DNA from: the human T2T-CHM13v2.0 reference genome, Homo sapiens
Strand: one strand, 5' to 3'
NCBI RefSeq assembly: GCF_009914755.1
Contig: NC_060940.1
Length of the DNA: 64,000 nt
In this document: one piece after another, positions 42,801-58,400 of the stretch
Position numbering within the stretch: position 1 is the stretch's first letter
Layout: each line of letters starts with the position of its first letter
The notes under the pieces: model-generated
The model's input: only the letters and a program-made list of their open reading frames with translations
The model's database searches: none
What the model was told of the DNA's origin: nothing
Made by a program: the position numbers and the translations under genes

Positions 42801-45800
42801 ATGATTCCATTTGAGTTCATTCGATGATTCTATTCGATTCTCTTCGATGGTGATTCAATTCTATTATATTGGATGATTCCATTCGATTCCATTTGATGTT
42901 GATTCAATTCGATTCTATTCGATGATGATTCCATTGGATTTCATTTGATGATTCTATTCGATTCCATTCAATGATGATTCACTTCTCGTCCATTGGATGA
43001 TTCCATTTCATTCCATTCGATGATGATTCCATTCGATTCCATTCGATGATTCCATTTGATTCCATTCGACGGTGAGCAATTCGATTCAATTCCATGATGA
43101 TTCTATTTGATTCAGTTAGATGATGTTTCCATTCGAATCCATTCCATGATTATTCCATTGGAATCCATTCGGCGATGATTCCATATGAGTCAATTCAATG
43201 ATGCTTCCATATGGGTCAGTTCGATGATAATTCCATTTGATTTCATTCGATGCTTCTATTCAATTCCAGTCGATGATGATTCCGTTGGAGTCCATACGAT
43301 GACTCCATTTGATTTCATTTGATGATGATTCCATTCGATTCCATTCGATGACTCCATTCTGTTCCATTCGATGATGATTCCATTCGAGTCCATTCGATGA
43401 TTCCATTCGAGTCCATTTCATGATTCCATTGGGTTCAATTCGATGATGATTACACTGGATTCCATTCTATGATTCCATTCAGTTCCATTCGTTGATGATT
43501 CGATTCCATTCAATGATGATTCCATTTGAGTTCATTCGATGATTCTATTCGATTCCGTTCGATGGTGATTCAATTCTATTATATTGGATGATTCCATTCG
43601 ATTCCATTTGATGATGATTCCATTCGATTCCATTCGATGATGATTCCATTTGATTCCATTTGATGTTGATTCTATTCGATTCTATTCAATGATGATTCCA
43701 TTCGATTTCATTTGATGATTCTATTGGATTCCTTTCGATGATTCTATTCCATTCCATTCGATGATGATTCAATTCTCTTCCATTGGATGATTCCATTTTA
43801 TTCCATTCGACGATGACTCCATTTGATTCCATTCAATGATGATTCCATTCGATTCCATTCGGTGATTCCATTTGATTCCATTCGACGGTGAGCAATTTGA
43901 TTCAATTCCATAATGATTCTATTTGATTCAATTAGATGATGTTTCCATTCGAATCCATTCGGTGATGATTCCATTGGTATCCATTCGACGATGATTCCAT
44001 ATGAGTCAATTCGATGATGATTCCATACGAGTCCGTTGGATGATAATTCCATTTGATTTCATTCAATCCTTCTATTCGATTCCATTTGATGATGATTCCA
44101 TCTGAATCCATTCTCCGATTCCATTCGATTTCATTTGATGCTTCTATTTGATTTCATTCGAAGATGATTCCTTTCAATTCCGTTCATTAATTCCATTTGA
44201 TTCCATTCGATGATGATTCCATCCGATTCCATTGGATGATGATTCCATTCGAGTCCATTCGATGATTCCGTTCTAATCCATTCTATGATTCCATTCGAGT
44301 CCATTCGATGATTCCATTCGATTCCATTCAGTGATGATTCCATTTGATTCCATCTGATGATGATTTCATTTGATTCCATTCGATGATGATTCCATTGGAG
44401 TCCATTGAATGATTCAATTCAATTCCATTCCATGTGGATTCCATTCGAATTCATTCGTTTATTCCATTCAAATCCCTTCGTTGATTCCATCTGATTCCAC
44501 TTGACGATGATTCCATTCAAGTCCAATCGATGATTCCATTCGGTTCCATTCAATGATTCCATTCGAGTCCATTTATGTATTATATTCGTGTCCACTTGAT
44601 GACTCCATTCAATTCCATTTAATGATGATTCCATTTTATTCCATTTGATGATTCAGTTCGATTCCTTACAATGATTCCCTACGATTCCTTTCTATGATGA
44701 TTCCATTCGATTCCATTCATTGATGATTCCATTCGACTCCATTCAATGATGATTCCTTTCGATTCCATTTGACGATGTTTCCATTTGAGTCCATTCGATG
44801 ATGATTCCATTGGTATCCATTCGACGATGATTCCATATGAGTCAATTCGATGATGATTCCATACGAGTCCGTTGGATGATAATTCCATTTGATTTCATTC
44901 AATCCTTCTATTCGATTCCATTTGATGATGATTCCATCTGAATCCATTCTCCGATTCCATTCGATTTCATTCGATGCTTCTATTTGATTTCATTCGAAGA
45001 TGATTCCTTTCAATTCCATTCATTAATTCCATTTGATTCCATTTGATGATGATTCCATCCGATTCCATTGGATGATGATTCCATTCGAGTCCATTCGATG
45101 ATTCCGTTCTAATCCATTCTATGATTCCATTCGAGTCCATTCGATGATTCCATTCGATTCCATTCAGTGATGATTCCATTTGATTCCATCGGATGATGAT
45201 TTCATTTGATTCCATTCGATGATGATTCCATTGGAGTCCATTGAATGATTCAATTCAATTCCATTCCATGTGGATTCCATTCGAATTCATTCGATTATTC
45301 CATTCAAATCCCTTCGTTGATTCCATCTGATTCCACTTGACGATGATTCCATTCAAGTCCAATCGATGATTCCATTCGGTTCCATTCAATGATTCCATTC
45401 GAGTCCATTTATGTATTATATTCGTGTCCACTTGATGACTCACTCCATTCAATTCCATTTAATGATGATTCCATTTGATTCCATTTGATGATTCAGTTCG
45501 ATTCCTTACAATGATTCCCTACGATTCCTTTCTATGATGATTCCATTCGATTCCATTCATTGATGATTCCATTCGACTCCATTCGATGATGATTCCTTTC
45601 GATTCCATTTGACGATGTTTCCATTTGAGTCCATTCGATGATGATTCAATTCAGTTCTGTTCTATTATGAATCCATTCGATTTCATTCAATGCTTCTATT
45701 TGATTCCATTCGACGATGATTCCATCTCTTTCCCTTCGATGTTTCCATTTGATTCCATTCAGTGATGATTCCATTTGATTCCATCTGATGATGATTTCAC

Positions 45801-48800
45801 TTGATTCATTTCAATGATGATTCCATTCAAGTCCATTCGATGATTCCATTGGAGTCCAAACGATCATTCCATTCGATTCCATTCAATGATGATTCCATTC
45901 ATGTCCATTCAATGAATCCTTTCAATTCCATTCGATGATGACTCCATTCGAGTACATTCGATGATTCCAGTTGATTCCATTTGATGATGATTACATTCAA
46001 TTCCATTCGAAGATGATTCCATTCAATTCCACTTGATGATGATTCCGTATGAATCCATTCGCTGATTATTCCATTCGATTCCATTAATTGACGATTCCAT
46101 TCGATTCCATTCAATGATGATTCTCTTCTATTCCATTCGATGATTCCGGTCGATTCCATTCGATGATGATTCCATTAGATTCCATTCGATTGTTGCATTC
46201 GATTCCCTTCGATGATGATTCCTTTGAATTCCATTCGATTATGATTCCGTATGAATCCATTTGATGATTATTCCATTGGATTCCTTTCGATGATGATTCC
46301 ATTCGATTCCATTTGATGATGTTTCTCATGTATTCCATTTGATAATTCCTTTCAATTCCCTTCGATGATGATTCTTTCGAGTCAATTCGATGATTCTATT
46401 CCATTCCCTTCGATGATGATTCCATTTCACTCCATTCGATGATTCCATTCGATTCAATTTGGTGATGATTCAATTCGATGACATTCGATGACTCCATTCA
46501 ATTTCATTTGATGATGATTACATTCGAGTCCATTTGATGATTGTATTCCTTTCCTTTTGATGATTATTCCATTCGTGTCTATTCAAAGATTCCATTCTAT
46601 TCCATTCAATGATGATTCCAATTGATTCCATTCAATGATTATGGCTATCGATTCCACTCGTTGATTCCATTTGATTCCATTCGATGATTATTCCGTTAGA
46701 TTCCATTAGGAGATTCCATTCGATTTTATTCAATGATTCCAATTGATTCCATTCAATGATGATTCCATTCGACTCCATTCAGTGATTCCATTTGAGTCCA
46801 TTTGATGATTCCATTCGAGTCCATTTGATGATTCCATTCTTTTCCATTTGATGATGATTCCATTAGGGTCCATTCAATGATTCCATTCGAGTCCATTCGT
46901 TAATGCCTTTCGAGTCCTTTTGATCACTACATTCGAGTCCATTCAATGATTCTATTCGATTCCATTCCATGATGATTCCATTCGAGTTCATTCGATGATT
47001 GCATTCGAGTCCATTTGATGATTCCATATGATTCCATTCGACAATGATTCCATTCGTGTCCATTTGATGATTCCATTCATTTCCTATCGATGAAGATTCC
47101 ATTCGAGTGTATTCGATGATTCCATTCAAATCCATTCGATGATGATTCCATTCCAGTCCATTCGATCATTCCACTTGATTCCATTTGATGACTATTCCAT
47201 TCAAATCCATTTGATGATTCCATTCGATTCCATTCGATGTAACCATTCCAGTATATACGATGATTCCACTCGATTCCATTTGATGATTATTCCATTGGAG
47301 TCGACTTAGTGAATCCTTTAGATTCTACTCGAAGATGATTCCATTCGAGTCCATTCGATGATACCATTCAATTCCATTCGTTGATGCTTCCATTCAAGTG
47401 CATTCGATGATATCATTCGATTCCATTTGATGATAATTCCATTTGATTCCATGTGATGATTCTATTCCATTCCATTCAATGATAATTCCATTCAATTCAG
47501 TGATTCCTCTGGACTCCATTTGATGATGATTCCATTCAATGATTCCATTCGATTCTATTCGAAAATGATTCCATTTGAATCCATTTGATGATGATTCCAT
47601 TCGATTCCATTTGATGATTCCATTCGATTCCATTCGACGATGATTCCATTCGATTCCATTTGATGATTCCATTCTATTCTATTCGATGATGATTCCATTC
47701 GATTCCATTCGATGATGATTGGATTCGATTCCATTTGATGATTTCATTTGATTCCATTCGATGATGATTTCGATCAACTCCATTCGATGATTCCATTCGA
47801 TTCCATTTGATAATGATTACATCCGAGTCCATTCGATGATTCCATTTGAGCCCGTTCGATAATTCCATTTGAGTCCAATCAATGATTCCATTCATTTCCA
47901 TTCAATGATTCCATTCGAGTCCATTTGATCATTCCGGTAGGGTCCGTTCGATGTTGATTCCATTGGAGTGCATTCGATGATTCCATTCGAGTCCATTTTA
48001 GGATTTGATTCGAGTCCTTTCGATGATTCCATTCGATTCCACTCGATGCGATGATGATTTCATTCGAGTCCATTCGACACTTCCAATCGATTCCATTTGA
48101 TGTTTCCATTCGAGTCCAATTGATGATTCCATTCAATTCCATTCGATGATGATTCCGTACGATTCCATTCTGTGATGATTCCATGTGATTGCATTCAATG
48201 ATGATTCCTTTCGATTGCATTCGATTATGATTCATTTCGTGTTCATTCTATGGTTCCACAGGTTTCACATCGTGTCCATTCCATTATTCCATTCTATTCC
48301 ATTTGATGATGATTCCATTCGATTCCATTCATTGGTGATTCCACTCAATTCCATTCAATGATTCCATTCCATTTCTTTCAACAATGATTCCATTAGTTTC
48401 TAATCGATGATCCACTTGATTCCATTTGACGGTGATTCCATTCTTGTCCATTCGATGATTCCATTTGATTCCATATGATGATGATTCCATTCGATTCCAT
48501 ACGATGATGATTCCATTCGAGTCCATTCAATGGTGATTCCATTCAATTCCATTCGGTGATTCCTTTCGATTCCATTTGATGATGATGGCATTCGATTCCT
48601 TTCAATCATTCCCTTTGATTCCACTCAAAGGTGATTTCATTCAAGTCCATTCGATAATTGCATTCGATTCCATTCTATGATGATTCCATTCGAGTCCATT
48701 TGATGATTCCATTCAATTCAAGTCAATGATGATTCCATTCGATTCCATTCGATGATTCCATTGGATTCCATTCGATGATGATTCCATTCAAATCCATTCG

Positions 48801-49480
48801 ATAATTCAATTCACGTCCATTCGATGATGATTCCAATCGAATCCATTCAAAGATTCCATTCAATTCCATTCGATGATTCCCTTAGATTCCATTCGATGAT
48901 TCCACTTGATTCCATTTACGATGATTCCATTCGATTCCATGTGATGATTCCATTCAATTCTATTCAATGATGCTTCCATTTGATTCCATTCGACCATGAT
49001 TGCCTTTGATTCCATTCAATGATTCCATTCGGTTCCGTTTGATGATGATTCCGTTCGATTCCATTTGATGATTCCATTTGATTCCATTGGATGAGTCCAT
49101 TCGATTACATTCGATGATTATTCCATTCGAGTGCATTAGATGATTCCATTCGAGTCCATTCGATGATTCCATTCGAGTCCATCCGATGATTCCATTCGAT
49201 TCCATTCGATGTTGATTCTGTTCAAATCCATTCGATGATTCCACTCGATTCCATTCGATGACTCCATTTGATCCCATTCTATGATTTCCTTTGATTCCCT
49301 TTGATGATCATTCCATTTGATTCAATTCGGTGATTTCATTTGATTCCATTCAGTGATGTTTCCATTCGACTCCATTCGATGATGATTCCATTCGACTACA
49401 TTCGATTATGATTTCATTCAATTCCATTCGATAAAGATTCCCTTCGAGTCCATTCGATGATTCCATTCGATTCCATTCAA
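36816..49480 (+). repeat. 12,665-bp HSat2 higher-order repeat unit, copy 2
   Basis: ORF ends 37675/50340, 40019/52684 and 41865/54530. GTCGAC 34635/47300/59965 and CGTACG 35491/48156/60821. Confidence 0.94.
43965..45647 (+). repeat. Nested ~836-bp tandem duplication (12,665-bp unit copy 2)
   Basis: ORF ends 44131/44967 and 44419/45255 are offset by 836. Confidence 0.9.
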
Positions 49481-52400
49481 CGATGATTTGATTCGTGTCC
49501 ATTCGATGATTCCATTTGATTCCACTTGATGAGGATTCCATTCGAGTCCATTTGATGATTCCATTCAATTCCATTCTCCGATGATTTCTTTTGAGCCCAT
49601 TCAATGCTTCCACTCGATTACATATGATGATGACTCCATTCGATGAAACTCGATGATGATTCCATTCGCTTGCATTCGATGATGATTCCACTTGAGTCCG
49701 TTAGAAGATTCTATTCAATTACATTCCATGACGATTCCGTTCGAGTCCATTTGATGATTCCATTACACTCCATTCGACAATGATTCCATTCAATGTTATT
49801 CGATGATTCCATTCGATCTCATTCGATGATGATTCCATTCAACTCCATTCGATGTTTCCATTCGAGTTCATTCTATTATTCCATTAGATTCCATTCGATG
49901 ATGATTCCATTCGATTCCATTTGATGATTGCATTCTATTTCATTTGATGATGATTCCATTCGAGTCCATTCGATGATTCCATTCGAGTCCATTTAATGAA
50001 TCCATTGGTTTCAATTCTATGATGATTATATTGGATTCCATTCGTTGATGATTTCATTCGATTCCATTCAATGATGATTCCATTCAATTCCATTCAATGA
50101 TTCCATTCAATTCCATACGATGATGATTCCATTTGATTTGATTCGACAGTGAGCCATTCGATTCAATTCCATGATGATTCTATTTGATTCACATGGTTGA
50201 CATTTCCATTCGGTTCCATTCGATGATGATTCCATTTGATTCCATTCAAAGATGATTCCATTCTAGCCCATTCAATCATTCCATTCGATTCTATTCAATG
50301 ATGATTCCATTCATGTCGATTTGGTGATTCCATTTGACTTCATTTGATGATGATTCCTTTCAAGTTCATTAGATGATTCCATTCGATTCCATTTGATGAT
50401 GATCCCATTCGAGTCCATTCAGTGATTCCACTCGTTTCCATTCCATGATGATTCCATTCCATTCCATTCAATGATTCCATTCGATTCCGTTTGATGATGA
50501 TTTCATTCGAGTCCATTTGATGATTCCGTTTGATTCCATTTGATGATGATTCCATTCGAGTCCATTCGATGATTCTATTCGAATCCATTTGATGATTTCT
50601 TTTGATTATATTTGGTGATGATTCCATTGGAGTCCATTCAATGATTCCATTCGATTCCAATCGATGGTGGTTCCATTAGAGTCCATTTAATGATTCCATT
50701 TGATTCCAGTCTCTGATGTTTACATTCGAGTCCATACGATGATTCCACTCAATTCCATATGATGATGATTCCATTCGATTCCATTCGATGATTCCATTCT
50801 ATTCTATTCAATGGTGATTCCATTCGAGTACATTAGATGATTCCATTCGATTCCATTCAATGATGATTCTACTTGTGTCCCTTAGATGATTCCACATGAT
50901 TCCATTAGATGATGATACTATTTGAGCCCATCCAATGATTCCCTTCGATTCCATTCGATGAGGATTCCATTCGATTCAATTCATTGGTGATTCTATTCAA
51001 TTCAATTCTTTGATTCAATTCCATTCCATTCGACAATGATTCCATTCGATTTCTTTCGATGATTCCACTCAATTTCACTTGACATTGATTCCATTCGATT
51101 CCATTCAATGATTCCATTTGATTCCAGTGGATGATGATTGCCGTCGATTCCATTCGATCACTCCATTCTGTTCCATTTGATGATGATTACATTCGATTCC
51201 ATTTGATGATTCCATCTGATTCTATTCGAGGATTCCATTTGATTCCATTCGATGATGATTCCATTCGAGTCCATTCGATGGTTTCATTCGAGTACATCCA
51301 ATGATTCCATTCGAGTCCATTTGATGATTCCATTTCATTCCATTTGATTATGATTCTACTAGAGTCCATTCAATGACTCCATTCGAGTCCATTCAACAGT
51401 TCCATCCGAGTCCATTCGATGATTCCATTCGATTCCATTTGATGATTCCATTCGAGTCCATTTAATCATTACAGTCGAGTCCATTTGGTGATTCCACTGG
51501 ATTTCTTTTGATAATGATACCATTCAATTACATTTGATGATGATCCCATTCAATTTCATTTGATGATGATTCCATTAGAGTCCATTCCATGATTTCATTC
51601 GAGTCCCTTCATTGATTCCATCCGATTTCATTTCATGATGACTCCATTCGAGTCCATTCGATGATTCCACTCGATTCCTTTAGATGATTCCATTGGAGTC
51701 CATTTGATTGTTCCATTCGATTCCATTCGATTCCTTTCGAAGATTATTCCATTTGAGTCCATTCGATGATGATTCCATTCCATTCCATTCGATGATTCCA
51801 TTTGATTCCATTCGATGATTCCCTGCGATTCCTTTCTATGATGATTCCATTCCATTCCATTCAATGATTCCATTCGAATCTATTCCATGATGATTCCTTT
51901 CGATTCCATTCGCTGATGTTTCCGTTCAATTCCATTCGATGATGATTCCATTCGATTCCATTCATTGAGGATTCCATTGGATTCCATTCAATGATGATTC
52001 CATTCTATTCCATTCAATGATTGCATTCAATTCCATTCAATGATTATGCCATTAGAATAAATTCAACGATTCCATTCAATACCATTCGATGATGATTCCT
52101 TTTGAGTCCATTCAATGATTTCATTCAAGTCCATTTGATGATTCCTTTCAATTCCATTCCATGATGATTCCATTCGAGTCCATTCGATGATTCCATTCGA
52201 TTGCATTCGATGATTCCATTATATTCCATTCAACGATGATTCCATTCGAGTCCATTCGATGATTCCATTAGAGTACATTTAATGATTGCTTTGTTTTCAA
52301 TTCGAAGATGATTACATTGGATTCCATTCTATGATTCCATTCGATTGCATTCATTGATGATTCCACCCAATTCCATTCGATGATGATTCCATTCGATTTC

Positions 52401-55400
52401 AATGATTCTACTCGATTCCATTCAATGATGATTCAATTCTATTCCGTTTGATGATTCCATTAGATTCCATTCTATGATGATTCCATTCGAGTCCATTCGA
52501 AGATTTCATTCGATTACATTCCATGACGATTCCATTCGAGTCCATTCGATGATTCCATTTGAATCCATTCGACGATGATTCCATTTGATGCTATTCGATG
52601 ATTCCATTGGATTCCATTCGATGATGATTCCATTCGACTTGATTTGATCTTTCTATTTGAGTCCATTCGGTTATTTTATTAGACTACATTCGATGATGAT
52701 TCCATTCGATGCCATTCAATGATTCCATTTGATTCCACTCAATGATGATTGCATTCGTGTCCATTCGATGATTCCATTTGGTTCCATTTGATGATGATTC
52801 CATTCGAGTCCATTCGATGATACCATTCAATTCCATTCGATGATCATTCCATTCGAATCCATTTGATGATTCCACTCAATTCCATTTGATGACTCCTTTC
52901 ATTCCCATTCGATGATTCCCTTCAGTTCCAATTGGATGATCTTTCCATTTGATTCAATATGGTGACTCCATTCTATTATATTCAATGATGATTCCATTCG
53001 ACTCCATTAGATGATGACTCCATTCCATTCCATTCGATTGTGATTTCATTCGATTCCATTCGAAGATGATTCCATTCGAGTCCATTTGATGATTCCATTC
53101 GATTCCATTCAATGATGATTCCACTCAAATCCATTGGATGATTCCATTCGTTTCCAATCGGTGATTTCATTAGATTCCATTCGAGGATGATTCTATTCGA
53201 GTCCATTCAATGATTCCATTGGATTCCGTTTGATAATGATTCCATTAGAGTTCATTCGATGATTCCCTTCGAGTGCATTCGATTATTTCTTTTGATTCCA
53301 TTTGATGATGATTCCATTCGATTCCATTCAATGATTCCATTCCATTCCATTCGATGATGATTCCATTCGATAATGATTACATTCGAGCCCATGTGATGAT
53401 TCCATTAGATTCTATTCAATGATGATTCCATTCGACCACATTCGATGATGGCATTCGAGTCCATTCGATGATTTCACTCGATTCCACTTGATGATGATTC
53501 CTTTTGAGTCCATTTGATGATTACATTCGAGTCCATGAGATGACTCCATTCGATTCCATTTCATGATGATGCAATTCGAGGCTATTCGATCATCCCATTT
53601 TAGTGCATTCGGTGATTCTCTTTTATTACATTCGATGAGGGCTCCATTCGAGTCCATTCAATGATTCCATTAGATTCCACTCGATGATGATTCCATTTGA
53701 GTCCATTCAAAGATTCCTTTCGAGTCCATTCGATAATTCTATTGGATTCCACTAGGTGATGATTCCTTTCGAGTCAATTCGATGATTCCTTTCAAGTGCC
53801 TTCAATGATTCCATTCGATTCCATTCGATGACGATTCATTTCAAGTCCATTCAATGGTTCCATTCTGTTGAATTTGATGGTTCCATTTGATTCCATTCGA
53901 TGATGATTCCATTCGTGTCCATTGGATGATTCCATTCGATTCCTTTCGAGGAAGATTCCATTCGACTCCATTCGATGATTCCGTTCGATTCCATTCCATG
54001 ATGATTCCATTTGATTCCATTCCATGATTCCATTCGATACCATTCGATGATGATTCCATTCGACTCCATTTGATGAATCCATTCAATGCTTCCATTCGAG
54101 TCCATTCGATGATTCCATTCGATTCCATTCCATGAAGATTCCATTCGAGTACATTTGATGATTCCATTTAATTCCATAGGATGATGATTCTATTAGGGTC
54201 CGTTGACTATTCCATTCAATTCCATTCGAAGACTCCATTCGAGTCCACTCGATGATTCTATTTGATTCCATTTGATAATTCCATTCGATTCCATTTGATG
54301 TTGATTCCATTCGAGTCCATTCGATCATTATTACATTTGATTCTATTCGATGATTCCATTCGATTCCATTTGATGAGGATTCCATTCGAGACCATTTGAT
54401 GATTCCATTCAATTCCATTGGATGATTCCAATATTTTCCATTAGATGATGATTCCATTCGATTCCATTCAATGATGATTCCATCAGAATCCATTCGATGA
54501 TGACTCCTTTTGCTTCCATTCAATGATCATTACATTCGGTTCCATTCGATGATGATTCCTTTGGATTCCATTCGATGATGCTTCCATTCGATTCCATTTG
54601 ATGATGATTCTTTTCGATTCCATTTGATGATGATTCCATTTGATTCCATTCGATGGTGATTCCATTTGATGATTCCATTCGATTGTATTCGATGATGATT
54701 CCACTCGATTCTATTTGATGATGACTGCATTCGATTCCATTTGATGATTCCATTTGATTCCATTCGATGATGATTCTGATCAATTGCATTCGATGATCCA
54801 TTCGATTCCATTTGATGGTTCCATTTGATTCCATTTGATAATGATTCCTTTCGAGTCCATTCGATGATTCCATTTGCGGATATTCGATAATTCCATTTGA
54901 GTCCAACCGATGATTCCATTCGAGGCCATTCAATCATTCTTTTTGAGTCCTTTCGATAAAGATTCCATTTTAGTCCATTCAATAATTCCACTGGAGTCCA
55001 TTCGATGATTGCTTTTAATTCCATTCGATGATATTCCATTCGAGTCCATTCGATGATTCCATTCGTTGCTATTAGATGATGATTCCATTCATGACCATTT
55101 GGTGATTCCATTCGATTTCATTCGTTGATGATTCCATTCGAGTCCATTCCATGATTCCATTCAAGTCCATTTGATGATTTCTTTGAATTCAATTCGATGA
55201 TGATTCCATTCGAGTCCATTCGATGATTCCATTCAGTTCCATTCGATGATGATTCCTTTCGAGACCATATGATGATTCCATTTGATTTCATTCGATGATG
55301 ATTCCATTCGATTCCATTCGATGATTCCATTCTATTCCATTCGATGATGATTCCATTCGAGTCCATTTAATGATTCCATTGGGTTCAATTCAATGATGAT

Positions 55401-58400
55401 TACATTGGATTCTCTTCTATGATACCATTCAATTCCGTTCATTGACAATTTGATTCCATTCGATGATGATTCCATTTGAGTTCATTCGATGATTCTATTC
55501 GATTCTCTTCGATGGTGATTCAATTCTATTATATTGGATGATTCCATTCGATTCCATTTGATGTTGATTCAATTCGATTCTATTCGATGATGATTCCATT
55601 GGATTTCATTTGATGATTCTATTCGATTCCATTCAATGATGATTCACTTCTCGTCCATTGGATGATTCCATTTCATTCCATTCGATGATGATTCCATTCG
55701 ATTCCATTCGATGATTCCATTTGATTCCATTCGACGGTGAGCAATTCGATTCAATTCCATGATGATTCTATTTGATTCAGTTAGATGATGTTTCCATTCG
55801 AATCCATTCCATGATTATTCCATTGGAATCCATTCGGCGATGATTCCATATGAGTCAATTCAATGATGCTTCCATATGGGTCAGTTCGATGATAATTCCA
55901 TTTGATTTCATTCGATGCTTCTATTCAATTCCAGTCGATGATGATTCCGTTGGAGTCCATACGATGACTCCATTTGATTTCATTTGATGATGATTCCATT
56001 CGATTCCATTCGATGACTCCATTCTGTTCCATTCGATGATGATTCCATTCGAGTCCATTCGATGATTCCATTCGAGTCCATTTCATGATTCCATTGGGTT
56101 CAATTCGATGATGATTACACTGGATTCCATTCTATGATTCCATTCAATTCCATTCGTTGATGATTCGATTCCATTCAATGATGATTCCATTTGAGTTCAT
56201 TCGATGATTCTATTCGATTCCGTTCGATGGTGATTCAATTCTATTATATTGGATGATTCCATTCGATTCCATTTGATGATGATTCCATTCGATTCCATTC
56301 GATGATGATTCCATTTGATTCCATTTGATGTTGATTCTATTCGATTCTATTCAATGATGATTCCATTCGATTTCATTTGATGATTCTATTGGATTCCTTT
56401 CGATGATTCTATTCCATTCCATTCGATGATGATTCAATTCTCTTCCATTGGATGATTCCATTTTATTCCATTCGACGATGACTCCATTTGATTCCATTCA
56501 ATGATGATTCCATTCGATTCCATTCGGTGATTCCATTTGATTCCATTCGACGGTGAGCAATTTGATTCAATTCCATAATGATTCTATTTGATTCAATTAG
56601 ATGATGTTTCCATTCGAATCCATTCGGTGATGATTCCATTGGTATCCATTCGACGATGATTCCATATGAGTCAATTCGATGATGATTCCATACGAGTCCG
56701 TTGGATGATAATTCCATTTGATTTCATTCAATCCTTCTATTCGATTCCATTTGATGATGATTCCATCTGAATCCATTCTCCGATTCCATTCGATTTCATT
56801 CGATGCTTCTATTTGATTTCATTCGAAGATGATTCCTTTCAATTCCGTTCATTAATTCCATTTGATTCCATTCGATGATGATTCCATCCGATTCCATTGG
56901 ATGATGATTCCATTCGAGTCCATTCGATGATTCCGTTCTAATCCATTCTATGATTCCATTCGAGTCCATTCGATGATTCCATTCGATTCCATTCAGTGAT
57001 GATTCCATTTGATTCCATCTGATGATGATTTCATTTGATTCCATTCGATGATGATTCCATTGGAGTCCATTGAATGATTCAACTCAATTCCATTCCATGT
57101 GGATTCCATTCGAATTCATTCGATTATTCCATTCAAATCCCTTCGTTGATTCCATCTGATTCCACTTGACGATGATTCCATTCAAGTCCAATCGATGATT
57201 CCATTCGGTTCCATTCAATGATTCCATTCGAGTCCATTTATGTATTATATTCGTGTCCACTTGATGACTCCATTCAATTCCATTTAATGATGATTCCATT
57301 TGATTCCATTTGATGATTCAGTTCGATTCCTTACAATGATTCCCTACGATTCCTTTCTATGATGATTCCATTCGATTCCATTCATTGATGATTCCATTCG
57401 ACTCCATTCAATGATGATTCCTTTCGATTCCATTTGACGATGTTTCCATTTGAGTCCATTCGATGATGATTCCATTGGTATCCATTCGACGATGATTCCA
57501 TATGAGTCAATTCGATGATGATTCCATACGAGTCCGTTGGATGATAATTCCATTTGATTTCATTCAATCCTTCTATTCGATTCCATTTGATGATGATTCC
57601 ATCTGAATCCATTCTCCGATTCCATTCGATTTCATTCGATGCTTCTATTTGATTTCATTCGAAGATGATTCCTTTCAATTCCATTCATTAATTCCATTTG
57701 ATTCCATTCGATGATGATTCCATCCGATTCCATTGGATGATGATTCCACTCGAGTCCATTCGATGATTCCGTTCTAATCCATTCTATGATTCCATTCGAG
57801 TCCATTCGATGATTCCATTCGATTCCATTCAGTGATGATTCCATTTGATTCCATCTGATGATGATTTCATTTGATTCCATTCGATGATGATTCCATTGGA
57901 GTCCATTGAATGATTCAATTCAATTCCATTCCATGTGGATTCCATTCGAATTCATTCGATTATTCCATTCAAATCCCTTCGTTGATTCCATCTGATTCCA
58001 CTTGACGATGATTCCATTCAAGTCCAATCGATGATTCCATTCGGTTCCATTCAATGATTCCATTCGAGTCCATTTATGTATTATATTCGTGTCCACTTGA
58101 TGACTCACTCCATTCAATTCCATTTAATGATGATTCCATTTGATTCCATTTGATGATTCAGTTCGATTCCTTACAATGATTCCCTACGATTCCTTTCTAT
58201 GATGATTCCATTCGATTCCATTCATTGATGATTCCATTCGACTCCATTCAATGATGATTCCTTTCGATTCCATTTGACGATGTTTCCATTTGAGTCCATT
58301 CGATGATGATTCAATTCAGTTCTGTTCTATTATGAATCCATTCGATTTCATTCAATGCTTCTATTTGATTCCATTCGACGATGATTCCATCTCTTTCCCT

